A stretch of 64,000 nt of DNA from Nageia nagi (GCA_050084985.1 JBITNC010000001.1:18786001-18850000); one strand, 5' to 3'. Counted from the stretch's first letter, positions 37,852 through 54,100 are shown. A program made the numbers and translations. The notes: generated by a model from the sequence alone, not told the origin.

Positions 37852-38159
37852 ATATCTCTATAGAATCCATTGAATGACTTCCTAAATTTGAAGGAAAGAA
37901 ATAGTTTTAGTAGTACATAGACTCTCCAAGTACACATTTATATAAATTAGAAATTTATTTTATAATAAAAATATCATTAATCCAAAACTTGAACATCCAT
38001 CCTATCCATATAAGTTATCAATCTAAAAAAGAAGCATGTGATTGTAAAATTAAGAACTAATTCACATGAATTACATAGCAAAATTGGTAGATGAACAATA
38101 CCTAAAACACCTTGTGATAAGAGAACTTGTAAGTTTAGTAACTTAAGTGCCATAGAGGA

Positions 38160-39300
38160 TGAAACCCAATTTTGTTTTTTTATCCACTTTACAAAGAGAT
38201 TAGACAAACGTATAAAAATATTTGTAATTATAGCTTGATCCATGAATTTTTAAATCAAGATAACCAAAAGAAGCTCGATAATTTTATTATACAACTTAAT
38301 TATGTTAGAAACAAGCATTCAAACACACGATTTATATTTATTTCTAGAAAAAAATTTGATAGGTCCTACAAATCATTGGATTTAAAATGATATTAAGAGC
38401 ACAATCAATTTCCTTCTTCCCCTTACTATTTCCCTATCTCAAGGTCAAACAAGCTTAAATCATTTTATATAGTAGGGTGAGAATAATAAAATTCCTTTCC
38501 ACTTCTTGAGTTTGAAAGGGGGGTTAAAAGACTTATATTATCTAATATGGTGGAAAAAGTTTTTTAGATCAAAATTTCAGGCTACATGACATGCTTAAAT
38601 TCATTATGTGTGATAGAGATCTTGCATTCAGGAGTAATTTTTATAAAGAGCTATTAGTTATCAATGAACTTATTTAGTATTAAGAAAATTGAAATAAGTA
38701 ACCTATTAATTTGAATTACTATTAACATTCTATATACACAATTGAGGCTAAAGCTATAAGTAAAAATAAAAAATTTAGAATCAGATGAAGTTCAAGATCA
38801 TGATGGAACTAGAAGTACTAAAGAAATGAGAAAGGAACCTAGACAATATTTGGTTTGTAAAGTGCTCATAAAATGGAAGGACTTTTCAAAACAATACACA
38901 ACTTGGGAACTAGTGAAGATATTGCAAAAGTTCATACATTGAAAATACACAATTCTAAAAGAGGAGGGCATGGAATAGCCTTTGTCTAATATATTATGAA
39001 TTGCATATTTGATTGCCTTAGGCCATTAAGATAGGAATGATACTAATAACATTGGCCCTTGAGCTTAGGGATTAATACTTTTGCTATTTGAATATATAAA
39101 TAAATGGTATTGGAATTGGTTTGGATTATTATTATCAATGATTATTAATTTATCGATTTCAATGAGATTCAAAAATTAACCCTCTTGATGAAATCTAGAT
39201 AATTAAGAATATAATATTGGAAGCCAAGTATTAAAACATAGTTTTCATGGTTACCTAGGGTTTTCATATCCCTTCATCACATTCCTATGTTAGATAATAC
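38160..39300 (+). mobile_element. Heavily deleted chromovirus (Gypsy) relic
   Basis: Chromodomain-like KVLIKWKDFSKQYTTWE at ~38860-38910, followed by a purine run AAAAGAGGAGGG and a TG start near 38971; faint integrase GQT motif near 38445. Confidence 0.5.
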
Positions 39301-42300
39301 TTTTCCTTGGGATTTTTGTGAAAAATTTCTTTGGTCTATATTTACGATAACACTTATCATCAACTCTACATAAGTTGAATTTTCTTTCCTTTTACTATGG
39401 TTCCAGCTCACTTGGGAGCTTCATCATACGCTAAAGCTATTATTAGTGCAAGCCATAGTTCTAAAGAAGCTCCCAAGGAATTATATTCTAAAAGTATACT
39501 ATGATGTAATTCTCCTACCTTAAATGTTATAGTTCCTTTGAATGACTTTAATAATGCAAATGGCTCGAAGGTCACACCCTCATTAGGAACTTCCTTAGTC
39601 GGATATTGAATGATATTTTTATTCAAAATTGGATATAGATGGCTTGGCATCCTCATGATATTAAGGTTGAGGGTATCCCAAACCTTATAAGGGATTCTTT
39701 CATTTTTTTTATACGATCTCCATCATGTAGAGATAATTCTTAATAAAAGATCCCAGTATGTCAAAATCACCATGTTAATATTTCAATATAAAGCTAAAAC
39801 TTTACAATTTCAAATAATGTTTCTTTGCATACACTTGTGTTGGTTGAGTTCCTTAGTCTCCCTCCGCCTTTATGGTTATTTCTTAGTAACATGGTTGAGC
39901 TAATAGGCAAGCTCATTTTATTAGAATAACAAATATTATATATTATTCGACCCCATGGATGCTTATATGCTTAAGTTGACCTCTCTAAATATCTAAAAGA
40001 GTTTATAAACTTGGAAGTTGAGGAAACTCATATCCATCAAAGCATTATACATTTTAACCTCCCAAAAACATATTATCAATGCTAATATACAACCCATAAA
40101 ATTAATGATTGAGTTATTATAGAGGATTATTTGAAGACCAAGTCTCCTTTGATATCATTTTCACCCTCTATTATACCTTCATAAATAAATAATAAGAGTT
40201 AAGATAAATGGATGGTTATATCTAAACATAAAGATAAATATACAAAAACTCATAATATATTTTGTCTCCTAAAATGACTTTGACTCATCCAATCTCCATC
40301 ATTCTTTTAACACATCCAATTGTTCTTACCCTCCCAACCCATATCTCTACTCAAGTCCTTCTACCTCCTACTTATGTCCCTCCTTACTAATTCTTCTCCT
40401 CCTGAGAATACCAAAGTTTCCCCATTGGTTCATTTTTGCACCCAAGAATACTTAGATGAATCCTCATAATCTTAAAGCACATTGACCTTTTGGTGCCTGT
40501 GTACTCTATCTTAAGGTAAAGGGAATGCCCCTCTAGAGAAGAATCACCAAATGTACTTCCTTATTAAAAATCATGAAGACTTTTTTTCAAACACATTCCA
40601 TTCTATCATAGATTTGGAAGACTCAAATATCATTGATGAAGATATGCTCCTTCAAAGTCTCCCATGGTATTCCTACCATGGGATTTTAGAGGTTAAAGGA
40701 GTTAGTAAGAAAGTATATGGTATGAAGCAAGTTATATAACATAACTCAATGTTATGGAAATATAGATTATTTCTATCTATAAGAAGTGAAAGTCATTGAA
40801 TTTATTATGTAGAATATTTGTAACTTTATTTGTATTGATAGCCACTTTTATACGACTAATCACTCTCTTCAGAAATGAGCCATTTTATAACTTAGGGAGA
40901 ATATCCATATAATCAAGCTATATATATCCATATGAAAAGAAATGGGCAATAGTTTCATATGATCAATATCTACATCTTTAATAATACCCATTATAGAAGT
41001 GATATCTAGAAATCACTTATCTTTCTGTAACCCATGTAATGTGGGTCTTATACAATGACCTCAATATGATTGAGAGAAATTATGATAATGTCATGCATAT
41101 TTTGATGTGCCAAAATATAGTGGAATTTATATCCTCATACTCATGAAGAATAGACTAGATCTATCAAATTCTAGTGCATTTTTTTTGTTTGGTGACTTTC
41201 CCAACCATCTTTGATTTAATTGGTCCAACCTTTAAGCTACACATTATAAGGTTCTAAAATATTTGGATTGGGTATTTATTTTTTATCAATATTCCTTTGA
41301 TTTCATCAATCTCTCCAAATCTACACCCTTCATGGAAGTAATTTCTTATACCATTTTATCTAATCATTCTACCATCATTTTCATCATTAATAATCAAGCC
41401 TTGCCACATTGTTATTTCAAGTCATAATTCTTCCTTTAAACCTTTGTCTTGCATCAACTTGTGATGGTTGGTCATATTTGTAAGTATATAATCTAGTCCC
41501 TTAGTTTGCTAGAGACTATGGATGGATTGAATAGAAGAATGAATCCATTCACCACATGATTCCTATTTTATACAAGCCTAGCTAGAAACTAGTTGAATTA
41601 CATTAATCTAGAAAATTGGATTTCTCCATAATCGGGTGGGATATTAATATCACCAACCCATCTCTATTCTTTCAACCTACTTTAATATCATATTGGAGCA
41701 TAATAAAATTCATATTCTATTACTACAATAAATAGGTGAATACACACTTAGAATAGGATAATAACTCAACTAAATTATTATAACAAATATAATAAGTAAA
41801 AAACCTACACATATTACACAAAAAATATTATTGAGATACTACTCAACTTATTACAATAATAAATATAACAATAATACATATAACAAAAAGCCAAAGATAT
41901 TTTGAACTTCAACAATCCAAATAACTAATCTAACTTAGCTTAATAACATTTCAATATTTCAAAAACAAGAACCACATTATAATACCATAAAAAAAATCCA
42001 AGATATTTAATAAATTGAAACCAATGGAAGAAGAAATATATTGTAATATACAAATTCTAAAAAACAAATTGAAGGTAAATCCTACCTATAAAAGTTGGAT
42101 TTATTAACTGGGTAATTTTCGTAATGGAGGTTTAAGTTCAAAACCCAACTTCCATCCCATGGTTTAGTGGTTCTACCTACATCTAGAAGAAGACTGACTA
42201 AATATTAGATATAAAAAAAACAAAAGTTTACATCTCCCATGGCCAACGTTTGAGCTTATCAATTCACTCTTGCATTTTAGTGAGGATTATTTGTATTCTT

Positions 42301-44849
42301 TCTAGGGATTTAACCACCATGAATTGCATCTTTAATCCTAAAGTTATAACTTCTTCCACCATAAATTTGTCTCATTTTAGTAGTTCTAGAGTGTGTCATT
42401 TATAAATACATTTAGATTTTGACCCGAACTTGAATATGTTTGACTCCTTCACCAGGATTTGGATATATCAAGGGACTTATCCTTTGTGAAGTACATCCTT
42501 CTTGCACTCAAAAATATCCATAATATCACTTCCATAGCTCTTGAGTATCCTCCAATTTTTTGTTTTCTTTATAAACCATCTTCCTAGACTTCGTCCAAAT
42601 GGAATTTTCTAATTTTTGGTCTTGATATGGCTCAAATATGCTTGGCTTATCCCTTGTTTGCTATTAGATTACTTTCTTTCACTACAAGGTTGAGGCTAGA
42701 GAATCATAAGAACATGTGTTTAAAGGAGTTACACAAAGGGGAGGAGGATAGGTATAGGAGTTTGGGGTAGTGGATTTGCTGCTTCTTAGCTAGTAGCAGA
42801 TTACCACTATAAGATTTATTATTTCTTGGATGATAGTGGATTCTCTCTATGAGATTCACTACTACTTGGATAACATCACATACTTGCTACATGATTCATT
42901 ATTGCTAGGTTGATAATGAATTCCTATTGCAAGATTCACTACTTTCGGTTCAACAATGAATTATTTCTATGGGATTGACTACTATCGAGATGATAACAAA
43001 TACTCCTTATTTGATAATTTTTTTAATATGTTTATTAAATTTAATTATTTTTCCTAATATTTTGTGACACACTAATAAATATAAAGTACACATTTATGTC
43101 CTTTAAACATATTGGTTTGTAAGACCTATCAAGAGTTTTTAAACATCACCAATGCAGGAGGTGGGAGTAGTATTTGATATGTTCAATGTGGGTGCCATAA
43201 CATCTCAATTATACCTCAAATCCCCTAACAAGAGGTGATAAGTTATTACTTGGAGGTTTCAAAAAACATCATCATATTACGTTTGATCTGGATCTAGAGT
43301 TTTATTTTAATGATTTATTTTCATTGAGTGGGTGTGAGTTATTATGATCAATTATCCTTAGGAGTATTCTTATTTTTATTACTACACTATTCAATTTTTT
43401 ATTTATATGAGAAATAATCATGCAATTACTTGATTGATATATATTTACTTATAGGTCCTTCAAACTAATGGATTTTAAAGGACGTTAAAAGAATCCTATC
43501 TATCTATCATATCTATTAACACTCTAATATTTCTATATATAATAAACATAATCATAATAAGAAAATAAACATAATTAAATTATGTCTACATGTTTTCAAG
43601 GTAGAATAGACTAACTTGTGTAAACTATGTTAGATCATAACACCATTTAAGATCTAACAAACATAAAAATGAATGTGTGGACCTGATTGATAGCAATCCT
43701 CAAATGATATGATCATGAGTAGAATAGGATTGGAGTAGACATGCAATAAATAAAATTTGGATATTCAATTTCCCACATCTATGTTAATTGTCTCTCAAAT
43801 TTGTTTCTCCAGTTACCTTAGAATATAATCATCAACGCATTTGATGTAGAATGCAAGATCACCAAAGATGTCATTCTAGTAATATTAAGGAATCCTTATA
43901 AAATGAAAAACATTAAATAATTTAAGAGTGTAATAGATCCAAGTTTGATAGATGATGGTGCTAAGAAGCATCAAGGAAGATATGTTTTATTATTCTAGTT
44001 GATCTATCAAGATTATATCTGATAAGGAATGCTATGCCTTGCTCCTCCTTTTATACCTTGCAAAATAAAAGAGTATTAGTTGGCATTCCACTAATAATAA
44101 GATAATATTGATAATATCAAGTTAATTCTATATATAATTATGATTAAGAGATATTACCCATGATTAATACATGATTAGTGAGTGATTATCATATTAGTCT
44201 TGATATTTGCATAATTTAAATAATATTTCATTTATATACCATAAATATGATTTCATAATAAATAGAAAATTATTTTTAAGTGTCTACAAATTTCCCCTCT
44301 TTGGATATGTAATGGTGGGAACTAAAATTACATAATCCAAAGAAGAATTAAAATGAAAGAAAATATATGTTTGAATTTGAAATGTACTTCCTTGAATGAA
44401 GGAAGGATGTAGTATGGATGCTTCTATTTGTATGCCTTTTCCATTTCCCTTTTATGACTTAGTTTCCCTATGATTCCACCATAAATGGGAACCAAGAAAA
44501 AAACTTTCATCTTCTAGCTTTAAGAATTAATGAGATAAAACTCCACCATCCAAGATTGATGAAGATGGTTTTGAAAAGGCATGAAAGAAATGATTGCAAA
44601 TATAGATTAAATTTTATATAATATAACATGTTATAAGAAAAGATGAAATCAATATAAAAAATATAACACTTTTAATCAAAGTATAGAGAATGAAGTTATC
44701 TAACCAAGAAAGATCAAGAATAACTTATTCTCATAGTGGAAATTTTAGTGCCTTGAAAGAACCAAAACCATATTTCTAATAAGGGAGATCAATGACTTTG
44801 TCCAAATATAATTGATGTCATCATGGGTTAACATGATGGTGTATCATTT

Positions 44850-45200
44850 GTGATGTACCAAAATATCCAAAAGGAAGTCTATTGTATCATCATGAACTTT
44901 GAATCTTTTGTGATGCACTTAAAGAATAAAAAGGGATTATACTTCTATTATTATGGTATTTCCATGACCTATGAGTATTTTATGATAAACCAAAAGAATC
45001 AAAATGGAGTCTACTATTATTTTCATGATATTTCCATGACCTATGAGTCTTTTGTGATATACCAAAAGAATAAAAAGGGAATATACTATTATTTACATGT
45101 AATCTCCATGGATGTGAGTCTTTTGAGATACCCCTATGGAATCAAAAAGGGACTTTACTACTGATGGATATTTTAATACCCCAAGAGAACAAAAAATGGA
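44850..45200. repeat. 72-bp tandem repeat in the 3' non-coding region of the Gypsy element
   Basis: CATGA-anchored unit starts at 44890, 44962, 45034 and 45106. Confidence 0.85.
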
Positions 45201-48200
45201 TTGACCTATATTTGAGAAATTTTTTATTACATTCTTGCTAGATTATTTGAAATTCTAAAAGTAATGATATAACTATGTTTTTCTTAAATTATGAAAAGAG
45301 AATGATGTAAGAAGTTATATATTACCTAATCTTATTCGTGTTCTTCTTGGAGGTGTTGAGTTTATGAGAATTTAAGAATTTTGGTATTTTTGTTATAGAG
45401 AACAAAAACATTAGTAATTTTGATTATGCTTCAGAAAATGAAATGATGAATTTCCTATAGGATTTGATATGTGCAAAATGGTTTTGATGTTTTCCAAAGT
45501 GATCAAGACCCTTCTTTATTAGTAGTAATCATGATTGCATATGATAAATAATACACATTGTAAAATATATGATAATATTCTTGAAAAAATATATGAAAGC
45601 ATACTTGATAAAATCTATGAAAGTATTATTTATAAGTTATATGAAATCATTATTGAAATGAAGTAATTTGCAATGAAAAAAGATATACCTAATTTTGAAT
45701 TGAATTTGATAGGGTGAAGTTGCATTTGAACTTATAGTGGATTTACTATTAATATTACTAATTTGACCTATATTTTTTCTTTTTATATATTGATGTTATT
45801 TTAGTTATAGACTTCAATACTATTGGTGTTTTTGTTTTATGAATTTTTGCTTATGAAATTGAAACTACCATATTTTGAGTCCTAACTATTCTAAACCTTT
45901 TGATTTCTTATTGATTATTATCCTTGGATGATTCTTATTTATTATTGATTATACTTTATGATTAATGAATTTCATTTGGCACTAGATGGCATTGAACATG
46001 ATTCTCATTTTCCTTCTAGCTAAATTGAATCTAATTCTTACTTATCCCCCTAGCTGAGCTGAATATGATTCTCACTTTCCCCATAGATAAACTGAATCAC
46101 TTTCCCATTAGATGAACTGAATTTGAATCTAACTTTTATTGATATTTCATATTGGAAAATTTTGATAAACATAAAATGCACTTAGCTAGATATGAAATGC
46201 CCTAACTAAACATGATTTACACTTGATTAACATAAAAAGTGCTCGATAAGTTTTTTATGATCATGATATATGAATTATTATTCATAAGATCTTGATGAAG
46301 ATGATGGAGCGTGATGAATGATGATAGATCGATAGATTTGAAATATGGTACAAAAGATGATAATAGATTAGAGATATGATGAAATATTAATAAAGATGAT
46401 AAATATCATAATTATAGAGATGATGCTTTTTGATTAAATCTTGATATGTAGATGAGATATTATCACATCCCACTAGATTGTAGCCTTGAAACATTGTGAT
46501 ACTATAAGACTTAATATGAATATTTGATACTATGGTGTGAATTTTCTATGATGATGGCATATTTTGTAATTTCATTCCTATTTATGATGCATGACTATCA
46601 TGGCTCACAAGACCACGATCCTAAATACATTATGACTCATCAAAAATTTAAATGCATGTTTGATATTGTAGTCTAGATATGCTTCAATGTTGTTGATAAT
46701 AGCACATTATGAGATTGTATTCCTATACATGTTACTTGATTTTCTTATATTATCTTAAAAGCATTGGTACTGCTAATATGTTTTTATCTTGCGAGGTATT
46801 ATTAAGGAGCATACATGGTTTAGATAATAAAGGTACATGGAATTTGCATGAATTCATGAGGTTTGTAAATAATCAATAAATACGTATCTCGTATACTCAA
46901 TGCATCTTAGTCATATAAGTTTTTCCTTTACTTATTTCAAGTTGAAATTTTTTACCATCAAGTCATTGCATTGAAGGAATATCATTATACCAAGCAAGTG
47001 CATAAAAATGACATATTCATTTCAATATAATTGCATAGATTCATTACATAATCACATAAGAATCATTGTACATAATACATAAAATAAGTACATGAGAACA
47101 ACATGATCATTTCAAGATCATTGAGATTGCACTTAGCACATGGAGCAAATGCATGAGACTAGCATATTCATTCCATAAATCATCTTGAAGAATTGCACAT
47201 ATTACATTACTAGATGCACAAAGTAAGTTTAAAAAGGGAAAAAATAACATTTTGTACAAATGAAGAAGCAATCAAAGCTGGGTCTACATAGGATATATAG
47301 GCATCAATGAGATGTAAAGGAACAAGGGAAGTTGGTAAGATTGAAGTGTGAATAGAAAAAATAGAGTAGAATAGTGTAGCAAAAGATAAGATGAAGCATA
47401 CTTAGTTGGATGAGGAGGCTATTGATAGATACAAATAATTTTTCTACAAAAGGCTTTAAAGGTAAACTAGAAACCATCAAACCTCCATAGAATAAACTAA
47501 TCCATAATAGAATGCTAGCTAAAGAAATGTTACTAGCATGGAAATTTAACCTAACATTTGAAGCTTTAGAAGATAATATGACCTTTGAAGAAAGGAAAAA
47601 TTAGGCATGATATGTTTATTTTTACAAGTATAACTATGGAAATCATTATTTCATTTAAGAGGAATTCAAATAAAATATGAAGAACTAGTCAATTTTGAGG
47701 ATCCCAAAAGTGAACTTGCGAATCTATTTCTGTAGTCCTATTCTGCATGTAGAGGATTAAGTTCTATACCTCTTAAACTATGCTTTTATGTATTAGTAGG
47801 AATTTTGTATTTCTTGATATCCTATATAACGTAGATTTGATGATAACATGAATAGAAGATGATAGAAGCTTTAGACTGATTTATAGTGTAATAACTTAGT
47901 TTCCTTGTAATATCAATTTTTTTGGACACTGTGAAGTTTTGGAGGGCTTCTCAAAAATCTATTTTTCTTATTAATAAAAAATTTACCCTAATTAATAAAA
48001 AAAGAAAATTTTTTACATAGTATTTCATACACTGCATAGAGCAATGTAACATTCTATCATTAATATTTTCATGAAAATATGGATTCATGAAGAATTGCAA
48101 TTATCATTATTCATATAGAATTGCAAGAGTACTAATGATAGTTGCATTCAACTAAATGAAATAGTATGACACCTTACATCAAGTAATTGCATTAAAAAAT

Positions 48201-51200
48201 CTAGGACACTTGTATACATGTATGGGATAATAGAGTTTTATGGTATTTTCATGGTCATAAGTGCATTTAGTTATATAAATGCATGAGTCATCCATAGACA
48301 TATGTAAAGTGTCAAGTCCCCATTTTATACCTACAAAAACCCAAATCAAACATTAGCAATATAAACCTAAAAATCCAAGATTACCTATCCTAATTATTAA
48401 TGGTTATACCTAATCTTAAAATTTAAACTAAGCCTAAGTCTTGCTTAGACCTAAGAACCTAGATACCCAACATTTATAACATTAAGTATGTGAAGACATA
48501 CTAAGTGGGGGGGGGGGGCATAGGGGGGGATGCAAAGTTATTAAAAATAAGTTAAAAATCCATATAACATTGGAAAGTATCAATGGGAGGAAATTGAGAT
48601 AGGAAATCATATTTTTGTTGAGTTTGAATTATGAAAATGATTCTCCAATGTGGTTTCAAGGAGATTATTTGATGACCCTCCATTTAGAAATGATCAATGG
48701 CTATGATCCATAGATATCAAGCCATAATCAAATTCATTTGGGATTAAAATATAATGATGATTAGTCACACATTAGGTGAGAAGAATTCCTTATTTGGTGC
48801 TTGAGGACATTCCCCTAGTCTTTTATATGAAAAAATTACCTTTAATTGATTTTTTCCCCAACACTAGTGTTGAGTTACTGAGTAAAAATTGTAACTTGAG
48901 GGTCATCTACTAAAATAATTATACTCTTTGGTTATCAAATATGATCTTTTCAACTTTTGTATTGATTGAAACACTGCATAGAAAAATATTATGATGATAT
49001 TTTACAACACATGATAACATTTGATGACTTAAATAAATTAGACAAACTTTGTATAAACTTGAATAACTTTAGCTAAATTTAAATATACTTAGGAAAAACA
49101 TGATCAATTTAGATAAATTAAGGATTAGAAAAGCATAATGATCATATTCTTAGGAATCGTATGAAAAATAAAGATAATGTACAAGAAAAATTTACATGTA
49201 CTTACCTCTTGGTGAAGACCTAAAAATTAAATCCTTTGGTGAAAATATGCGATGCAATTCAGTACTGGTGTTGCATGCAACACTAGCTCTATGGAATATA
49301 ATAAATATTTCTTTTATTTTTGAAATACATATCTTATATGATGAATTAACTTGAGAGAAATGTAAATGACCTATGTTTTATGGATAAATTTTCTAGAACA
49401 CTCTTCTAAATGATGAGCCTTACTTTGGTGGCACCTTCCTTTTTGAATTTTCCTTTTGATAATTTTGTTATTTTGATGATCATATTTTGAGAATCAAGGA
49501 ATTGACACAACTTTGAAATAAGTGCAAAAACTTAAGTTCTTACTACTAAAATCATTTCTATGTTTAGATATTGAAAATATATAGACCTACTTGTTGTTGA
49601 TCATGCATATAAAGGTTTGAGATGCATGAAATTGGTTGTAAAATTTTTCTCTTTGCCTTCCACAATCTATAACTTATATGCTTCATAGTGATTTTTATTT
49701 GAATATGAATGGTCCAATCCAACTGGATTCAAATTTGCCCTTATTTTCTTGCTCCAATTTGGTTTTATGATGGTTTTCCTTAAGTACCAAATCACCAATT
49801 GGAATTAGTTTGGTAATATTTTCTTACTACATGCCTTTTTTATCTTATTTTGATAAATCTTGAGGTTTTTAAGAGCATTTAACCTCTTTTCATAAAGTCC
49901 TTTCAACTAATCCAACCTTGTAGGTCTTACTTCTTGCTTAGTTGTTGTACTTTCTAATGAGACCCTTAATGATGGAATTTCAACCTCCAAAGGTAAAATT
50001 GCTTCATAAATATATAATAAAGAATATGTAGTGAATCTCATGGATGATATAATGTTAGTTATTTAATCCCATAAAGCATACACTAACTGTTTGTGCCAAT
50101 TTGTATCATGTTTCTTTACTATTTTGTATAATATATTTAAAATTATTTTGTTTATAGCTTCAACTTGTCCATTGCCTTGGGGATAATAGGATAAACCAAA
50201 ATTTTTATAAATCTTGAATCTTTCATAAATGTTTTTTACATCCTTGTATCTAAAGTTAGTACCTTGTCTATAATGATATTTGATGTAATGCCAAATATTG
50301 CAATTATATATTCAATAAAGAAGTTGATTATTTGAGGTAATTTGGAAGATATGAGTAGGATATATTCAATTGAATTTGTGAATTATTTAGTGGTTGTGAT
50401 AATGAATTTATGTCCCTCCCTTGATTTAATATTAATAAATCCAATGAGATCTACAACCCAAATGAGAAATGACCAAGGAGAAACCATTATGTGAAGGCCA
50501 TGAGAAGGTGTCAGTTGTAAATTAACATGTTTTTAACAACTTATACATTTATTTATATGAGTAATGTAGTCATGAAGCATGGATAATAAATAATTTCATC
50601 ATTTTATGAGTTTATAATGCATGGTTATACCATTGAAATGAACTCCACTTTGACCATCATGTACTTGTTCAATAGAAATTTCAATTTCAAAAGGAAGTAA
50701 ATAGCTAAGAAATGTAATTTCAAAAGATATTTTATATAAAGTATCATGAATAAGGATATACCTTACAACTATATTATTGAGCCTTGTATTTTGATTCTTT
50801 GATTTGCAAGTTTTAGATAAGGTTCTATCTTTGAGGTATTTGTATATATATCAACATATCAAGCTTCATGAGGTACCATAAAATAAGCATTTGCATGACG
50901 TGCATCAAGAACTTTTAAAATATCATCAAAATCAACAACATGAGATGGATTTTTAATACTTTTTAGCATTATTATTGTGTATTCATCTTCAACTACATTT
51001 TGTGTCAAATAAGTATCATTCACCATGGTATCAACCATTTTCTATTGATCCTTGGAATATTTTCTACTTAAACCATTTAAAAAATAAGCACTCAAGATGT
51101 ATTCAAATAGCACTTTGTAAGGAACCAATTTCTCATCCTTTATATTGTACACACCATTAATATGATTTAAAACAAGTTGAGAATCTCTATAGATTATAAT

Positions 51201-53417
51201 ATTGTAAACTTTAAGTGATATGGAAACCTTCATTCCTAAAATTAGAGATTCATACTCAACCATATTATTGGTACAGTCAAATGTAAGTTTATATGTCACA
51301 TGAATAATCTCATATTTAAGAGTGCCAAAAATAATTATTTCCCTTGCTCCTTTCATGCATTTGGATACATCAAAATATAGGATCCATTCTTTGTCTTCAT
51401 CTTGTTTATGATCAAAAGTCCATAACCTCATCTCTAAATTCTTCATGACATGGGGTTGATTCTTGAGAAGAATTATTTGCTAGGAAAGTTTCTATAGCTT
51501 TCCCTTTTATGCATATAGAAAAGGTCAAATTATTCAAGAAACATGATCCATTTGGATATATTTCCTTGGATATGTAGCTTGGATAAGAGGTATTTTAGTG
51601 CATCAGCTTGGGCAACTGCAAATATTAAGTTGGTGATCATATAGTATGTCAACATTTTTGAAGCATAAAAATGGCATAAAATAACTTTTCTATTGGAGTA
51701 TATCTTGTTTCATGCTCAAGAAATATCTTAGAACTATAGTAAATCTCACTCTCTTTACCCATCATCAATGTTTTGTACAATCATTTCCCTAAGGCATGTT
51801 GAGTAGTATAAATATACAAGTGTAAAGGTTTGGAATAATCAACAAGAACTAAGATAAGAGGATTGAGTAAATACCTTTTCATGTATTCAAGTGTAGCTTG
51901 ATATTTGGCATTCCAAAAAAACTTTATTTCTTTCTTGAGGAGATGAATGTAAGGTGTATTCCTACCAACCAACTAAGATATGAATCTTCTCATAACTTGC
52001 AACTTTTCTTGGAAACTTCTTAGTTGCTTCAAATTCTTAGGCTGTGGTGTATCATTAATGTTATTAACTCTCTTTTAATCAATATCAATACCTCTATTGG
52101 AAATAATAAATCCTAATAGTTTTCCACTTGAGATACCAAAGATAAATTTTTGGGGCTTTAATATGAGTTTGTATTATTTTAGTCTTTCAAAAACAACAAG
52201 AAGATCCCTTATATGATCCTCATTTTTTGTGATTTTATTAAGAAGTAATACACATATACTTTGACTATTTCATGGATGAAATCATGGAGCATGGCCATCA
52301 TGACCCTTTGATAAGTAGAACTTGTATTTTTTAATCTAAAAGGCATTACCTTGTAATAGAAAGTACCCCAAGGTGTGTAGAAGGCTACCATATGCATATA
52401 AAATGGATTGATTCTAATTTGCTTATATCCTAAAAATCCATGTATAAATGAGAGTGCTTCATAGCTAGTTGTAGAATCAAAAGTCATGTCAATATGTGGA
52501 AGAGGGAAATTATCTTTAGGGAAATCCTTATTAATGCCTTGAAAATCAATGCAACATCTAACCTATCCAATAGGCTTCATGGCTAGAATAATATTTGATA
52601 ACCATGGTGAATAATCAATAGGTTCAATGAATCCAACCTTAAGATACTTATTAATTTTTATTTTTATCAAAAGTGCCATTTTTGGATGCATATGTCTCCA
52701 TTTGTACTGAATAGGTTTAGCATCCTCATGAAATACTAAGTTTTGTACAATGAAATCATGATTAAGGCCATACATGACATCATATGACCAAGCAAAATTT
52801 CACCAAATTGGATTGTAAATTTATAGTAAGTTGACCTTTCATGTTTATCAAATAATACCCCTAACTTTATTAATTTGGGTTCCTCTTGGGCTCTAATATT
52901 CAGGTCCACCAGCTCTTCATTTATGTAAGTAGGATTATCACCCAACTAAGAAGGAATTAGAAATGCCCTTATCCCTAATGTATGAGTACATCAAATAAGT
53001 CATGTTTTTATTTTTTGATTTTCTTATTTTTTGTATAAAATATGGAAAGAGACTTCATGAAAAAGGAAAAAAATCCACTATTATTTGAACCTCAAATCCA
53101 ATGTAGGTATAAGGTTGAAAGAACTTATTTTATCCTTTTATTTTAGCATGAAACATAGGATACTTCATTCATACTCCCATTACATCTAGAATAGAATCAT
53201 TAGTTTCAAATATATCCATAGCTTCAAGGACTAACAAAGATTTGGAGTAATTAGTTAAATTGCACACTATTTGCCCAACATTGATGCTATGATGTATTGG
53301 TCTATGACCTTTCTATGATGGATACTTACTTTCTAAAATCTTGACCATATTTATAATTACACTATCAAAATTTAAGCCTTTGATATCCAAGCTATAACTA
53401 TTGAAACTGAAAGTAGT

Positions 53418-54100
53418 ATTGAAGAAAAAAATGCACTTTAACACATGAGGCTTGGGAACTTGAATTTTCAAAGTTTGAAGACACTTCCATTAATGGTGAG
53501 AGGGATGTCACAAGTAGAATATTGCAAAGAAGTATGTGAGGGATGTGAACTTGGAAAGTAAACAAGGAGCAAGTTTCCAAAGGAAGAGGCATGGAGATCC
53601 AAATATCCTCTACAACTAGTCCATACTGATATGTGTGGACTTATATAAACCCAAATTTTTAGTAAATCCTCTTACTTTATTTTATCACTTTCATTGATTA
53701 TTTTAGTAGAATGTGTTGGGCTTACTTCATTAAAAGTAAATACGAGGCATTGGATTATTTTAAAGAATTCATAAATTTTGTTGAGAAGCAAAGTGGTTAT
53801 AATGTGAAGTGTTTGAGAAGCAATAGAGGCAAAGAGTATTGTAGTAATGAATTCTTTCAGTATTGCAAAGAAAATGGCATTAGGAGACATATCACCTCTC
53901 CCTACACACCACAACAAAATGATGTAGCAAAAAGGAAAAATAGGACCTTGGTTGAGATGGCAAGAAGCATGATGCAAACCAAGAAATTGTACAATGCTTA
54001 TTGGGCTAAAGCAATAAGAACAACAATGTATATTTTGAATAGGTATCCTAAAATAAGCTTGAATAAAATCACTCCCCATGAAGCTTGGTCTGAGAGAAAA
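53418..54100 (+). pseudogene. LTR-less copy of the Copia GAG-pre-integrase/integrase segment 34457-35135
   Basis: Colinear nucleotide match (ORFs 53711-54118 vs 34785-35123); embedded antisense in the Gypsy pol. Confidence 0.93.

Noticed and set aside
39400-43000. Further LINE/Gypsy fragments
   Set aside because: Probably decayed TE sequence, but no diagnostic motif could be read with confidence.
44850-45164. 104-aa ORF
   Set aside because: Read-through of a 72-bp tandem repeat, antisense to the Gypsy 3' region.
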